A stretch of 63,522 nucleotides of DNA, filler included, from Octopus bimaculoides (taxonomy: Eukaryota), in assembly GCF_001194135.2 (NCBI RefSeq). It is 12 parts of 12 records of this genome, joined end to end, with 100 filler letters (N's around TTAATTAATTAA, not from the genome) between each part and the next. Parts side by side here need not be neighbours in the genome. Positions count along the whole stretch, not along the records: positions 49,631 to 55,345 come from NC_068991.1; positions 55,446 to 56,938 come from NW_026350591.1; positions 57,039 to 59,206 come from NC_068988.1; positions 59,307 to 61,367 come from NC_068985.1; positions 61,468 to 63,522 come from NW_026416857.1; 7 more parts are not named here. The stretch is one strand, 5' to 3'. Position 1 is the stretch's first letter, and each line of letters opens with the position of its first letter. The position numbers and the translations under genes were made by a program. This document shows positions 50,505 through 63,420 of the stretch, in pieces. Under the pieces are notes generated by a model, which was given only the letters and a program-made list of their open reading frames with translations, was not told the origin of the DNA and ran no database searches.

Positions 50505-52947
50505 CTACCCCTTCCCTAGTTCTTTGTCGTCCCGACAAAAGTAAACAACGNNNNNNNNNNNNNNNNNNNNNNNNNNNNNNNNNNNNNNNNNNNNNNNNNN
50601 NNNNNNNNNNNNNNNNNNNNNNNNNNNNNNNNNNNNNNNNNNNNNNNNNNNNNNNNNNNNNNNNNNNNNNNNNNNNNNNNNNNNNNNNNNNNNNNNNNNN
50701 NNNNNNNNNNNNNNNNNNNNNNNNNNNNNNNNNNNNNNNNNNNNNNNNNNNNNNNNNNNNNNNNNNNNNNNNNNNNNNNNNNNNNNNNNNNNNNNNNNNN
50801 NNNNNNNNNNNNNNNNNNNNNNNNNNNNNNNNNNNNNNNNNNNNNNNNNNNNNNNNNNNNNNNNNNNNNNNNNNNNNNNNNNNNNNNNNNNNNNNNNNNN
50901 NNNNNNNNNNNNNNNNNNNNNNNNNNNNNNNNNNNNNNNNNNNNNNNNNNNNNNNNNNNNNNNNNNNNNNNNNNNNNNNNNNNNNNNNNNNNNNNNNNNN
51001 NNNNNNNNNNNNNNNNNNNNNNNNNNNNNNNNNNNNNNNNNNNNNNNNNNNNNNNNNNNNNNNNNNNNNNNNNNNNNNNNNNNNNNNNNNNNNNNNNNNN
51101 TTTTCCGCCTGGGGTTATGAAACCACACTTCATCACCCTCCTTAAAATCGACTTCACTAGCCCTGGGTCGTGCCGACGCTTCATTACTTCACCTGAAAAC
51201 TTCAGGGCTTCTCTAACTTGCTGGTGTACCTCAGTCAGACTTTCCTGCAGATACTTCACATAGCTGGAGGTTTCCCTGGGCAGTTCCTCCCCTGGTGGTC
51301 TTCCCATTAACAGATCAACCTGTAGCCTTACTTCATGGCCCAACATCAACTTCGCAGGTGAGTAGCCAGTGGTCTCGTGTGTCGCCGATCGATATGCGAG
51401 CGATAGCGCAGGTAGCTTCAGATCCCATTCCATCTGTCCTTCTACACTATATTTAGCCAGTTCCTGTTCCAGTGTCTAGTTAAACTTCTCCACCATCCCG
51501 TCCGATTGTGGTCTCATTGGGGGTTGTCCCGGTTTTCTTTATCCCCAACAGCTTACAGCACTCCTGTAACACAGCCGATTCAAAGCTCCTACCTTGATCG
51601 GAATGTAACTCCTGGGGCACCCCGAACCGGCAGAAGAACTGATCTACCAATACCTGCGCGACCGTTGTAGCTTCCATATCACGGATGGCATAGGCCTCAG
51701 GCCACTTCGTGAAGTAGTCCATGGTCACACATATGTACTTGTTTCCTCTTTCCGTGAGTGGCAACGGCCCAGCAATATCCGCAGCTACCCTTTCCATGGG
51801 TACACCCACTTGGTATAACTGCAGAAGGGCACAACCCCGCTTCTTCGGTCCCTTCTTGGCGCAACGCACATCACAATAACGACACCATTCCTGGACGTCC
51901 TGGCGCATGCCCGTCCAATAGAATCTATGCCGCAGTCGATTCAAGGTTTTCTTCACCCCCAGATGTCCACTGGTAATCTGGTTATGGGCTTCTTCCAACA
52001 GCTCAGGCCTCATCTTCTTGGGTATCACCAACTGCCAATACTTATTAAGGCCATCTGGTGTCTCCCATCGCCTCTCGAGCAGCCCATCGTTCAAACGAAG
52101 AAGGTCCCACTGGCCCCAATAGCTTTTAGTTTCAGGGCTGGACCTGGATATATCCTCCCAAGATGGTCTCGCTGATCCCTGCTGCAGCCACTCTACCACT
52201 GGCCCTAAGTCGGCATCTTCCATCTGCCTCTTTTGCACTTCTCCGGTGGCCACTGATCCAGTCACCGTGGTACGTCTACACTTTTTACTGTGCTCTTCTC
52301 TTCCACCCACTCGTGTGCTGTCAATCACAGACCCTGCACGCCGTCTCGAGTGTGGGGCTCCTTTGGAACGTCTGGCTGGTGGTTGCCCCTTAAAACCAGC
52401 TCTTCTTAGTTTTCCGACTCTTTATTTCTTGTTGAGCAGTCATAACTCATGTGTCCCTTTTTCTTGCAACACCTACATTCGCCCTTGAAAACAGATCCTG
52501 CTCTATCGTTCTGTTTCTTCTCTTGCCGCCAACTGTAGCAGTCCCGCCGCCTGTGTCCACATTTCCCACAGTGCCAACAACACACACCAGTCATCTCTTC
52601 CTTCCGCTCACAAAGTTTTCGACTATTTCCAAGTCCTTCAACTTCACGGACTGTTCCTCTCCTTGCCTTGAATCCGGAGCTGCAACTCACCCGGAAATTT
52701 CAGGTGCTAGTTTTGACGTAGGACTCGAACTCCAGAGCCCTAGCCAACGCCTCCTGCATCGTACCTGGCCGTGTCTGTTTCACCTGGACCTTCAGATCTA
52801 CATTGTCCAGCGCATCGATGAACTGTTCCTTTAGAAGAAGAGATAAGAGTTCGGGGGTAGCTGTAGGGTATGCCTTGTGTACCGTGCTTTCCAAATCATG
52901 GGCAAGCTGCTGTAGAGGCTCCCCTCGAGCTCTAACACGGGTGCGGA
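50505..52947 (-). mobile_element. Ty3/Gypsy retrotransposon internal region: gag (two CCHC knuckles) + integrase, PR/RT/RNaseH absent
   Basis: Gag LKEQFIDAL...QEAL.RALE.E, CWHCGKCGHRRRDC, CRCCKKKGHMSYDC; IN H....GHLGV.KT..RL..RFYW..C..C, VAADIAGP, MDYFTKWPEAY, LHSDQG..FES, QSDGMVE; frameshift and stop near 51480-51530. Confidence 0.95.
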
Positions 52948-53048
52948 ANNNNNNNNNNNNNNNNNNNNNNNNNNNNNNNNNNNNNNNNNNNNNNNNNNNN
53001 NNNNNNNNNNNNNNNNNNNNNNNNNNNNNNNNNNNNNNNNNNNNNNNN

Positions 53049-54361
53049 AGAGAGACATGAGCGACAGAGAGAGATGAGCGAGAGAGAGAGTGGAGCGACA
53101 GAGAGAGAAGAGCGAGAGAATGAGAGGACAAATAGAGAGAGAGAACAGCGAGAGTAGGAGGAACGAGAGAGAGAGAGAGGAGCAAGTGAGAGAGGAACAA
53201 TAGAGAGAGGAGCGAGAGAGAGAGGAGCAACAGAGAGAGAGTGGAGCGTGAGAAAGAGGAACCAGAGTGATAGAGGACCGAGAGAGAGAGGAGCGAGAGA
53301 GAAAGAAGTGCGAGAGAGAGGGGAGCGAGAGAGGGAGAGGTGCGAGAGAGAGTGAAGAGCGAGAGAGAGCGGAGCGAGAGACAGAGTAGCAAGAGAGAGG
53401 AGCATACATACTAACGTAGGCACGAACGTACATCCATAGATACGTACGTAGGTACGTACGTACATCCAACCATACGTACGTGGTTACGTACGTACATACA
53501 TACATACGTACATACATACATACGTACGTAGTTACGTACGTACATCCATACATAATTAGGTAGGTACGTACGTACACCCATACATACTTCCGTAGTTACG
53601 TAGGTACATCCATACATACGTTCATAGGTACGTACGTACATCCTTACATACGTACGTAGGTACTACGTACATCCATACATACGTACGGAAGCACGTACGT
53701 ACATACATACATATGTAAGTAGGCATGTACGTACATCCATACATACTAACTTAAGCACGTAAGTACATCCATACATACGAGAGAGAGAGAGAGATGGACA
53801 TAGAAAGATAGAGATACAGCGAGAGAAGAGTGAGAGAGAGAGGAGCGAGAGAGAGAGAGGAGCGAGAGAGAGAGGAGCGAGAGAGATAGGGAATCGATAG
53901 AGAGGGAATCGAGAGAGAGGAGCGAGAGGGAGAAAGGATCGAGAGAGAGAGCGAGGTGCGAGAGAGAGAAGAACAAGAGAGAGAGAGAGGTGCGAGAGAG
54001 AGAAGAACATGAGAGAGAGAGATGCGAGAGAGAGAAGAACGTGAGAGAGAGAGATGCGAGAGAGAGTGAAGAACAAGAGAGAGAGGTGAGAGAGAGAGAG
54101 AGGAGCGAGAAAGAGATAATTGCGAGAGAGAGAGAATAGCGAGAGAGAGAGTTGCAATAGAGAGAGAGATCGGAGCGAGAGAGACAGCGAGAGATAGAGA
54201 GAAGGAGAGAGAACAAGAGAGACAGAAAGATAGACAGAGACAGAGATAGAGCGAGAGAAAGAGAGGGAGAGAGAGAAAGGGAGAGAGAGAGGGAGAGAGA
54301 GAGGGCGAGAGAAAGGGAGTGAGCGAGAGAGAGAGAAACAGAGAGAGAAACAGGGAGAGAA

Positions 54362-54394
<33 letters not shown>

Positions 54395-54495
54395 TGGAGA
54401 GAGAGATAGAGACAGAGATAGAGAGAGAGATAGAGACAGTGAAACAAAGATGGAGAGACACAGAGAGATAGAGAGAGAGACAATGATGGAGAGAA
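53049..54495. repeat. Compound low-complexity block: GA-rich / (TACG,TACA)n (about 53400-53780) / GA-rich
   Basis: Directly visible; source of the Leu/Ser-rich pseudo-ORFs. Confidence 0.9.
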
Positions 54496-54497
54496 AG

Positions 54498-55243
54498 AGT
54501 TAGTTTCCGTTAGTTTCCGGAAACGAACGGCAACTTCCGTTACTTCCCGTTAGTTTCCGTTACCTCCCGTTAGTTTCCGTTAATTTCCATTACTTTCCGT
54601 TATTTTCCGATAATTTCCGTTGGTTTTCGTTACTTCCCGTTAGTTTCCGTTGGTTTCCGTTAGTTTCCGTTCGTTTCCGTTACTTTCCGTTACTTTCAGT
54701 TAGTTTCAGCTATTTTCCGTTAGTTTTCGCTACTTTCAGTTACCTTCCGTTAGTTCCCATTGGTTTCCGTTAGATTCCGTTACTTTCCGTTAGTTTCCGT
54801 TACTTTCCGTTAGTTTCCGTTACTTTACGTTAGTTCCCGTTAGTTTCCGTTAGTTTCTGTTAGTTTCCGTTACTTTCCGTTAGTGTCCATCGGTTTCCGT
54901 TAGTTTCCGTTAGTTTCCGTTACTTTCGGTTAGTTTCGGTTAGTTTCCGTTACTTTCCGTTAATTTGCATTCGTTTCTGTTAGTACTTGTTACTTTCCGT
55001 TAGTTTCCTCTAGTTTCCGTTACTTTCCGTTACTTTCCGATACCTTCCGTTACTTTCCGTTAGTTTCCCTTACTTTCCGTTAGTTTACCTTACTTTCCGT
55101 TAGTTTCCGTTATTTTATGTTCGTTTCCGTTACTTACCGTTATTTTATGTTAGTTTCCGTTACTTTCCGTTAGTTGCCGTTACTTTACGTTACTTTCTGT
55201 TAGTTTCCGTTAGTTTCCGTTACTTTCCGTCATTTTCCGTTAC
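54498..55243 (+). repeat. 10-bp minisatellite GTTAGTTTCC / GTTACTTTCC, roughly 70 units
   Basis: Directly visible; copy number estimated from span/10. Confidence 0.95.
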
Positions 55244-55890
55244 TTCAAAATCAACTTTGTTGAAGATTCCAGGAATGTCCTGGAAAGTCCCAAGGATTTA
55301 AAGTAAACTTTGGGGGAAGATTCCGAGCATTTCATGGAAAGTTCCNNNNNNNNNNNNNNNNNNNNNNNNNNNNNNNNNNNNNNNNNNNNTTAATTAATTA
55401 ANNNNNNNNNNNNNNNNNNNNNNNNNNNNNNNNNNNNNNNNNNNNATTTTAATTTTAAAAAGAAATATCTAGAATACCACTTTGGTTAATAAGCATTACC
55501 TTTTGAGTCAACAGATAAGCTTCTGCCTAGCCACTCAGCCTTACAAGAAACAGCAGCCAAATTTCCTTCAGTTCACACTGTAACATCTTACACAAGGAAG
55601 GAAATTCTGAAATAGAATGGTTATGACTAGAATTCCTTTGTTTAATCAAGGCTCATTAGTGATTAAACAACAATGACATTGTCTTTTTGAATGGTTAATT
55701 TTCAGTTTGTATTTATTCATATTATATCATATTGCTGACAGTGAAATAAAATATCTAGCTTTACCATGACAGAGTTTCTGGTCAAGAAGAAAATAAATGA
55801 AGGTACATATCTATGCTCCAGGATTGTCCAATCAAAACAAATGTATATATTAAAGTCAACACTAAAAACAGCATATTTTTATCATAAAAG

Positions 55891-55961
55891 GTGCATTCCA
55901 CTCACTTGGAAATGTGATGGAGAAAGAGACTGCAAAAGAGGTGATGATGAAGAGAACTGTG
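55891..55961 (+). CDS. Exon encoding the C-terminal two-thirds of an LDL-receptor class A repeat: (R)[23 protein letters not shown](G/D), phase 2-1
   Basis: Matches CI..xWxCDGxxDCxxGxDExxC; acceptor ttttatcataaaag| and donor G|gtaagt. The parent gene cannot be named from one repeat. Confidence 0.9.
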
Positions 55962-56293
55962 GTAAGTATATTGGTGACAAGATATTCTACATAAAATTGA
56001 GATGGTGTCATTAGATGTTTGGTAAATATCAGTTTCAAATTTTAGCACAAGGCCAGCAATTTCAGGGGAGAAGGTAAGTCGATTACATCAACTCCAGTGC
56101 TCAACCCTGAAAGAATGAAAGACAAAGTCAACCCCGGCAGAATTTGAACTCAGAATGTAAAGCTGGATGAAATGCTGCTAAACATTTTACCCAGCATGCT
56201 AATGGTTCTGCCATCTTGCTACGTTATGTTTGATAAAAAATCATAACAAACTAACAATAGGTGTAAGTGATGGCAGTTTAGGAAGGAACTTAC

Positions 56294-56314
56294 CAAATAT
56301 TGTAAAGAGGGACA
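56294..56314 (-). CDS. Candidate 21-nt micro-exon (CPSLQYL if phase 0)
   Basis: Acceptor ctgtcttgtctgacactctgtcatttctag| and donor TTG|gtaagt; frame-symmetric; could splice to 45821. Confidence 0.35.
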
Positions 56315-57384
56315 CTAGAAATGACAGAGTGTCAGACAAGACAGAATGTCAACAATCCACAGTTAATAAAGCATTTTTTCCTTCTCCCAAATTTTTAGTC
56401 TTCTAAATACATTTACCATTTACCATTCAGATGTAATGCTTATTTATTCACATTGTTTTGCATTAATTATTAATTATGTCATATATTCAAGATTTCGATG
56501 ACATAATCATTTATTTTAGGAAGGACATTGAAGGGCAGGTATGAGAAGCTGAATCTAATCAGTTTAACCATAAAATAGGTATAATATCTGGGCCAGATAT
56601 AGTTGACTTAAACGCATTGACTGACTGCATTTCATCCTGGTTGATAAAATATCAATCAAGTACTGCCATTGATATAAACAACTGTTATCACCCGTCAGAC
56701 ATGTGACCTTATGATGAAGAAAGAAATCATTATTTAAATTACAGAATTAGTAATATGCCAAATGAAATACTGTTTTCCATATTCAGTTCTAGCTTTTTAG
56801 GTGGCAAACCGGCAGAATCATTAGAATGCCAGGCAAAATGTTTAGTGGTATTTCGTCCGTCTTTACATTCTGAGTTCAAACTTTGCTAAGGTTAACTTTA
56901 CCTTTGATCCTTCCAGGGGCAATAAAATAAGTACCAGTNNNNNNNNNNNNNNNNNNNNNNNNNNNNNNNNNNNNNNNNNNNNTTAATTAATTAANNNNNN
57001 NNNNNNNNNNNNNNNNNNNNNNNNNNNNNNNNNNNNNNTCTACAAGTAACAATAATTTTTCAACAATGCTCCACAAGTCAAGAATTCGATGACACTGTAC
57101 TAATGCATGTAGAACGGTTTCCTTGCTCTACGTGCATTTCGGGCATGCCCGAGTGACTGCACACCCGTACCTGTGGAGCTTATTTTGAACTGGTAGAGCC
57201 CCACGAGGCAGTGCCAAGTCAAGGGCTTCTGGAACTTATCTGTAATTCCTGGCCGGAAAGTTCTCCGGAAGAGATGGCCAGTTGCCCCCCCCCCTCGATG
57301 CCCAGGAACTCTAAGCGTATGTCGTCGCTCTTTCCCTCCACTAAACCGCTATAGAATTGCAAGACTTTGGAATCTCGTACAATC

Positions 57385-57715
57385 TGGGCGGTCTTCTTGT
57401 TGGTGAATGCTGCTATAACCCTTGACTTCAGTTCATCTTTGATGTTACAAGGATGTTTATTGGTCTCTAACACAACTGCGCCCTACACATAATGATTAAG
57501 GGGGAGTTAGATGTCTAGATGTTCGGGGTTATGTGGGCGCATAAATTGTCTCACAGCCATAACTAGATTTTCCTGCTTGTGTGTCATGGTGCAGATTCTT
57601 GTTACCAGAAATGGTCTTCGAGCTGTCACTCTCTCGACCCAGGCAGTCTTACCTCCCCCAGGCACTTGATGTAGCCCTCCGTTTTGAGTGTGAGACCATA
57701 TATATGTATACGAGG
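57385..57715 (-). mobile_element. maT/DD37D-like transposase C-terminal fragment
   Basis: L.TEGYIKCL.EV...W.QESAP.HTSR...WL.DN and PLNHYV.GAV..ETNK.PCN.KDELK.R..AAFTN. Confidence 0.75.
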
Positions 57716-57739
57716 TCTGATCAATAATATATATATATA

Positions 57740-58095
57740 GGCGCAGGAGTGGCTGTGTGGTAAGTAGTTTGATTACAAACCACATGGTTCCGGGTTCAGT
57801 CCCACTGCGTGGCACCTTGGGCAAGTGTCTTCTACTATAGCCTCGAGCCGACCAAAGCCTTGTGAATGGATTTGGTAGACGGAAACTGAAAGAAGTCCGT
57901 CGTATATATGTATATGTATATATATGTGTGTCTGTGTGTCTGTGTGTGTGTCCCCCACCATCGCTTGACAACCGATACTGGTGTGTATACGTCCCCGTAA
58001 CATAGCGGTTCGGCAAAAAGAGACCGAAAGCATAAGTACTAGGCTTACAAAGAATAAGTCCTGGGTTGGATTTTCTCGGCTAAAGGCGGTGCTCT
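57740..58095 (+). mobile_element. Young tRNA-headed SINE
   Basis: Near-identical to 46200; A-box- and B-box-like motifs (GGTTCAGTCCC). Confidence 0.9.
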
Positions 58096-58318
58096 GAAGA
58101 AACTGTTATCATCAACTGACCAAGATTCCTAACATTTGCAAAACAAAACTAGACAATACGACGCTGTACTACAGATGACATCATTTGGAACCACAAGAGA
58201 TTTAACTGAGGCAGCATTCATCCAAACTTTCAAGATCCAACCTCAGATTTATCATCGCATTGTCTCTCTACTACCTCTGTCAAATGAATCACCAAAATTG
58301 GCCTTTCATTATTTATAA

Positions 58319-58583
58319 TCTGTACCTGTTTGTTTGGTTACGAAATAAGATACACAAAAACGTGTTTCTGAATTACGTGTATTTACTTTATATACATATG
58401 AGTTGAAAACTTTCTTCTAGCATTCCACTTAATATCTATGTTCCATGCTGGCATGGATTGGAGAGTTATTAATGTAGAAATATGGTATCGTAGCTACTAA
58501 CAGTTGAGGGTTGCGTAGTCTAGACGGCGTTTTTAGATTTCATTATTCTCTTTAACCCGGGCAACGCCGGGTGTTTCTGCTAG
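58319..58583 (+). mobile_element. Non-autonomous Helitron-like element
   Basis: 3' hairpin CCCGGGCAACGCCGGG (58556-58571) then CTAG|T; 5' A|TC boundary tentative. Confidence 0.6.
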
Positions 58584-59016
58584 TTATACAATATAATAAC
58601 ACGAAATGAAGGAAAGTATAAAATATCTAACTCACATCATTGCTGTGAAATTATTTAGTTAGGCGCTTAACAAACTCGAATCCCCATCAGTCACAACATT
58701 ACATCCGGAAAACGAGGAGAAAATAATAAGCGAACAAAAACATTATTAATAAATTGTCTCGTCTAATTATGTACAAATCTTCTGTATGAAAACTTTCCAA
58801 TCAGTTTTAAGTGACAGTATTTTAATATCTCTCGTATTTAATATTTAAATATTTGCCATCTATTTCTAATAACTGAACGGTGTGTGACAGATAGGTACCG
58901 GAAATTCAATAACGATAACATCTAACCGGAAGTTTATTTATTGGATTGAGAAATTAATACTTACGCTCATTAACTCAACCGACTGAACGATAGGATATAA
59001 CATATGTCTCTCTCTT

Positions 59017-59066
<50 letters not shown>

Positions 59067-59158
59067 TATACACACATACCCAAACACACATATACACATG
59101 TGCACACATGCACATACACACACAGCCACACAGACAGACATACACATAACACACAGAC

Positions 59159-59206
<48 letters not shown>

Positions 59207-59596
59207 NNNNNNNNNNNNNNNNNNNNNNNNNNNNNNNNNNNNNNNNNNNNTTAATTAATTAANNNNNNNNNNNNNNNNNNNNNNNNNNNNNNNNNNNNNN
59301 NNNNNNCCTCCCACCACTCCACTCTACCCCGACCCCAACACTACACCCAACCACCACCACCACCACCACCACCACCACCCACCACCGTTGCCATTGGTTA
59401 ACCAACGACCTGTTACATTATGCCAGAGCAACGCCCTGCTTCATCTCGCGTTATTAGCGTGGCTTCCTGCCAAATTGGCTGTATGTCCAGCACGCTTGAT
59501 CGCGCAACCTCAGTTTTGCTCTTGTAAACAACACTAACCGTCATACCACTGTCAACATCATACCGTACAACTGCCGCCAAAGCACCACTGCAGCCA

Positions 59597-59642
59597 ACAT
59601 CATCATCATCATCACCACCATCACCACCATCATCATCATCAA

Positions 59643-59692
<50 letters not shown>

Positions 59693-59738
59693 TCTTCACC
59701 ATCATCATCATCACCACCACCACCACCACCACCACCAT

Positions 59739-59795
<57 letters not shown>

Positions 59796-59972
59796 CATCA
59801 TCATCACCACCACCACCACCATCACCACCATCATAATCATCATCATCATCATCATCATCACCATCATCATCATCACCACCACCACCACCATCATCACCAT
59901 CATCATAATCGTCGTCGACGTCGTCGTCGTCGTCGTCATCGTCATCATCATCATCATCATTATCATCATCAG
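59597..59972. repeat. Compound (CAT)/(CAC)/(CGT) trinucleotide block
   Basis: Directly visible. Confidence 0.95.
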
Positions 59973-60294
59973 CTGAGTGGCAGTGGCGGCGGTGGTAGCT
60001 GAACGCCTCTACAACATGACGGCAACACCTCGCAGCTGTTAAACACTGCAAACCATAATATGAAGTTTCATTGATTACACAGGGTAAAAAAATCCCCTTC
60101 GGACACGAATGATCATGGGAGTGCGCCAAGAATGTTCCCCTGCGTGGCACAAGTCATGGCAAGAAGTATATGTTACAGTATATCCATGTTATGATTGTAG
60201 TATAGAGGCTAATTAAGCACCTTAATTAATCTTTTCATTAAATGATTCAATCAGTCTTCAAGATCGTCGTTCCTTTTCCTGAAGATAAATCTTA

Positions 60295-60590
60295 ATATAA
60301 AGGCCAACTTCGGTCATGAATGACCATGGGATTGCACCTAAAAAGTTCCCCTCCGAGGCACAAGTCCGGGTGAGGTTGTTTATGAAAGACCAGCAGTCAC
60401 CCATGCATACTAGCCTCCCTTCTCCACACCACCAATGTTATCCAAGAGAAAGGCAAAAGTCGATACAGCTTGGCACCAGCGACACCGCAACTCATTTCTA
60501 CAGATGAGTCAACTGGAGTGACATGAAATAAAGTGTCTTGCTCAAGTACACAACACACAGCCCAGCCCGGGAATCAAACCAACCACTGGC
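60295..60590 (+). mobile_element. Interspersed repeat (SINE/LINE-tail family), also at about 35710-36015
   Basis: Shared GGGATTGCACCTA.AAAGTT.CCCTC...GGTTGTTTATG.AAGACCA.CAGTC.CCCATGCATAC.AGCCTCCC. Confidence 0.75.
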
Positions 60591-60989
60591 TACATACAAC
60601 GTTTGTTACTTTGTTTTTAAGCTATCCCATAGCCCTGTTATATTAACTGCCTGTTTCATTTTACTGCGGGACACTGATGAAGTGAATGCATGATTGTATG
60701 TTTCCACTACTACTGTTATGCAATCATTTTGGCATTTTCCTGAAATGCGTGTATGTCCTATAAGGCACGTCTTCTTCTTCTTCTTCTTCTTCTTCTTCTT
60801 CTTCTTCTTCTTCTTCTTCTTCTTCTTCTTCTTCTTCTTCGTCTGCTAGACTATCCCGTGGCTGATGTCGGTAACGTAATACATAGGATACTGGAATAGA
60901 GTGTGGAAGCCGCTACTGAGACAGACGTATCGCTGCGTATCACACTTTACAGTGCGATACACGCACACACATGCACGCGCACACACATG

Positions 60990-61033
<44 letters not shown>

Positions 61034-61172
61034 CACTCACGCAGACAGACAGACAGACAGACAGACAAATACACACTCTACTGGGATTCTAGAGATTTAG
61101 CGAAGTAGAAAACGAAAAAAAAAAAATTAAGGAATTGAGTTATCTCCAGCATCCTCATCACCTTCATCGTCG

Positions 61173-61220
<48 letters not shown>

Positions 61221-61322
61221 ACAGCAACAACAACAAGCATCACAGTTTACTTCGTTATGCTTCTCACCTCTATATCTGCGCCATCTACCTGTACGTCACA
61301 TTACAATGAAGCTACCACCCCA

Positions 61323-61367
<45 letters not shown>

Positions 61368-61869
61368 NNNNNNNNNNNNNNNNNNNNNNNNNNNNNNNNN
61401 NNNNNNNNNNNTTAATTAATTAANNNNNNNNNNNNNNNNNNNNNNNNNNNNNNNNNNNNNNNNNNNNACAGTCGCGGATGTGCGAGTGTGCGCACCGGGA
61501 CCACTCTTCATGAATAGTACCAAAAATACTCCGAGTAAAGTATTCCTTGATATACAGTAACAGAGAGAAGGGCGTGCACAAGCAGGCCTAAACCTGAGGT
61601 TTAAACAAGCATAAAATGAAAGATGCTACTTCTGCAATTAGAAGAAGTTTTATTAATCACTATTTCTGTAATTAAACCAATGTATACTCAGTACACAGAC
61701 TTGTGCTATGTTTATGGCTATAAGGGTCTTTGACTCTTGTTTCTAGCAATATAGGTACCACCTGGCACCTTTAGTCGTTATTAGTGACAATTGAATTTGT
61801 CTTTCTTGGTTTTATATTGCGTCATGCCCCCTTTATTATTTTAAATATGTGCCTGAGAAGACCCATCAA

Positions 61870-62086
61870 GCTAAGTGAAATCATGGTCGTGGACGATGCT
61901 GGTGTCGTAAGTGACACCTGTGCTGGTGGCACGTAAAAGGCACTTTTCAACATTGGGCCTCAATGGAGGCAAGGTGGCTGATGCCAGTGGCACGTGAAAA
62001 GTACCATTCGAGTGTTGGGGTTTATGGAGGCAATGACGAATGACCGAGACCTTTGGCATTATGCCGTGCTTGAGAAGAAGACCCAN
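61870..62086 (+). mobile_element. RTE LINE 3' end/UTR fragment
   Basis: ...EAMTNDRDLWHYAVLEKKT matches the C-terminus at 34585-34660. Confidence 0.75.
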
Positions 62087-63013
62087 NNNNNNNNNNNNNN
62101 NNNNNNNNNNNNNNNNNNNNNNNNNNNNNNNNNNNNNNNNNNNNNNNNNNNNNNNNNNNNNNNNNNNNNNNNNNNNNNNNNNNNNNNNNNNNNNNNNNNN
62201 NNNNNNNNNNNNNNNNNNNNNNNNNNNNNNNNNNNNNNNNNNNNNNNNNNNNNNNNNNNNNNNNNNNNNNNNNNNNNNNNNNNNNNNNNNNNNNNNNNNN
62301 NNNNNNNNNNNNNNNNNNNNNNNNNNNNNNNNNNNNNNNNNNNNNNNNNNNNNNNNNNNNNNNNNNNNNNNNNNNNNNNNNNNNNNNNNNNNNNNNNNNN
62401 NNNNNNNNNNNNNNNNNNNNNNNNNNNNNNNNNNNNNNNNNNNNNNNNNNNNNNNNNNNNNNNNNNNNNNNNNNNNNNNNNNNNNNNNNNNNNNNNNNNN
62501 NNNNNNNNNNNNNNNNNNNNNNNNNNNNNNNNNNNNNNNNNNNNNNNNNNNNNNNNNNNNNNNNNNNNNNNNNNNNNNNNNNNNNNNNNNNNNNNNNNNN
62601 NNNNNNNNNNNNNNNNNNNNNNNNNNNNNNNNNNNNNNNNNNNNNNNNNNNNNNNNNNNNNNNNNNNNNNNNNNNNNNNNNNNNNNNNNNNNNNNNNNNN
62701 NNNNNNNNNNNNNNNNNNNNNNNNNNNNNNNNNNNNNNNNNNNNNNNNNNNNNNNNNNNNNNNNNNNNNNNNNNNNNNNNNNNNNNNNNNNNNNNNNNNN
62801 NNNNNNNNNNNNNNNNNNNNNNNNNNNNNNNNNNNNNNNNNNNNNNNNNNNNNNNNNNNNNNNNNNNNNNNNNNNNNNNNNNNNNNNNNNNNNNNNNNNN
62901 NNNNNNNNNNNNNNNNNNNNNNNNNNNNNNNNNNNNNNNNNNNNNNNNNNNNNNNNNNNNNNNNNNNNNNNNNNNNNNNNNNNNNNNNNNNNNNNNNNNN
63001 NNNNNNNNNNNNN

Positions 63014-63100
63014 NGAGCTGCACAAAGCCGGATTTCACGGGACGTCTGCAATCAGAGAACCACTACTTTCGAAAACAATGGAATGGAGGGGCCCACCTGA
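63014..63100 (+). mobile_element. Tc1 transposase fragment
   Basis: ELHKAGFHGTSAIREPLLSKT resembles the LH.AG.HGR.A.RKPLL motif. Confidence 0.55.
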
Positions 63101-63161
63101 ATAAAATAGTTATCAAAGGTTTACCATGGATAAAAAAAATTGTTGAAAACTCCTGGTTTAA

Positions 63162-63420
<259 letters not shown>

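Noticed and set aside
52700-54483. Leu/Ser-rich 160-250-aa ORFs
   Set aside because: Translations of GA-rich and TACG repeats; only the gag part below 52947 is real.
55766-55890. ORF-track N-terminal extension of the LDLa ORF (MTEFLVKKK...)
   Set aside because: Lacks Cys1/Cys2 of the module and lies upstream of a good acceptor; intronic.
61871-63104. 330-384-aa ORFs
   Set aside because: Almost entirely N gap.
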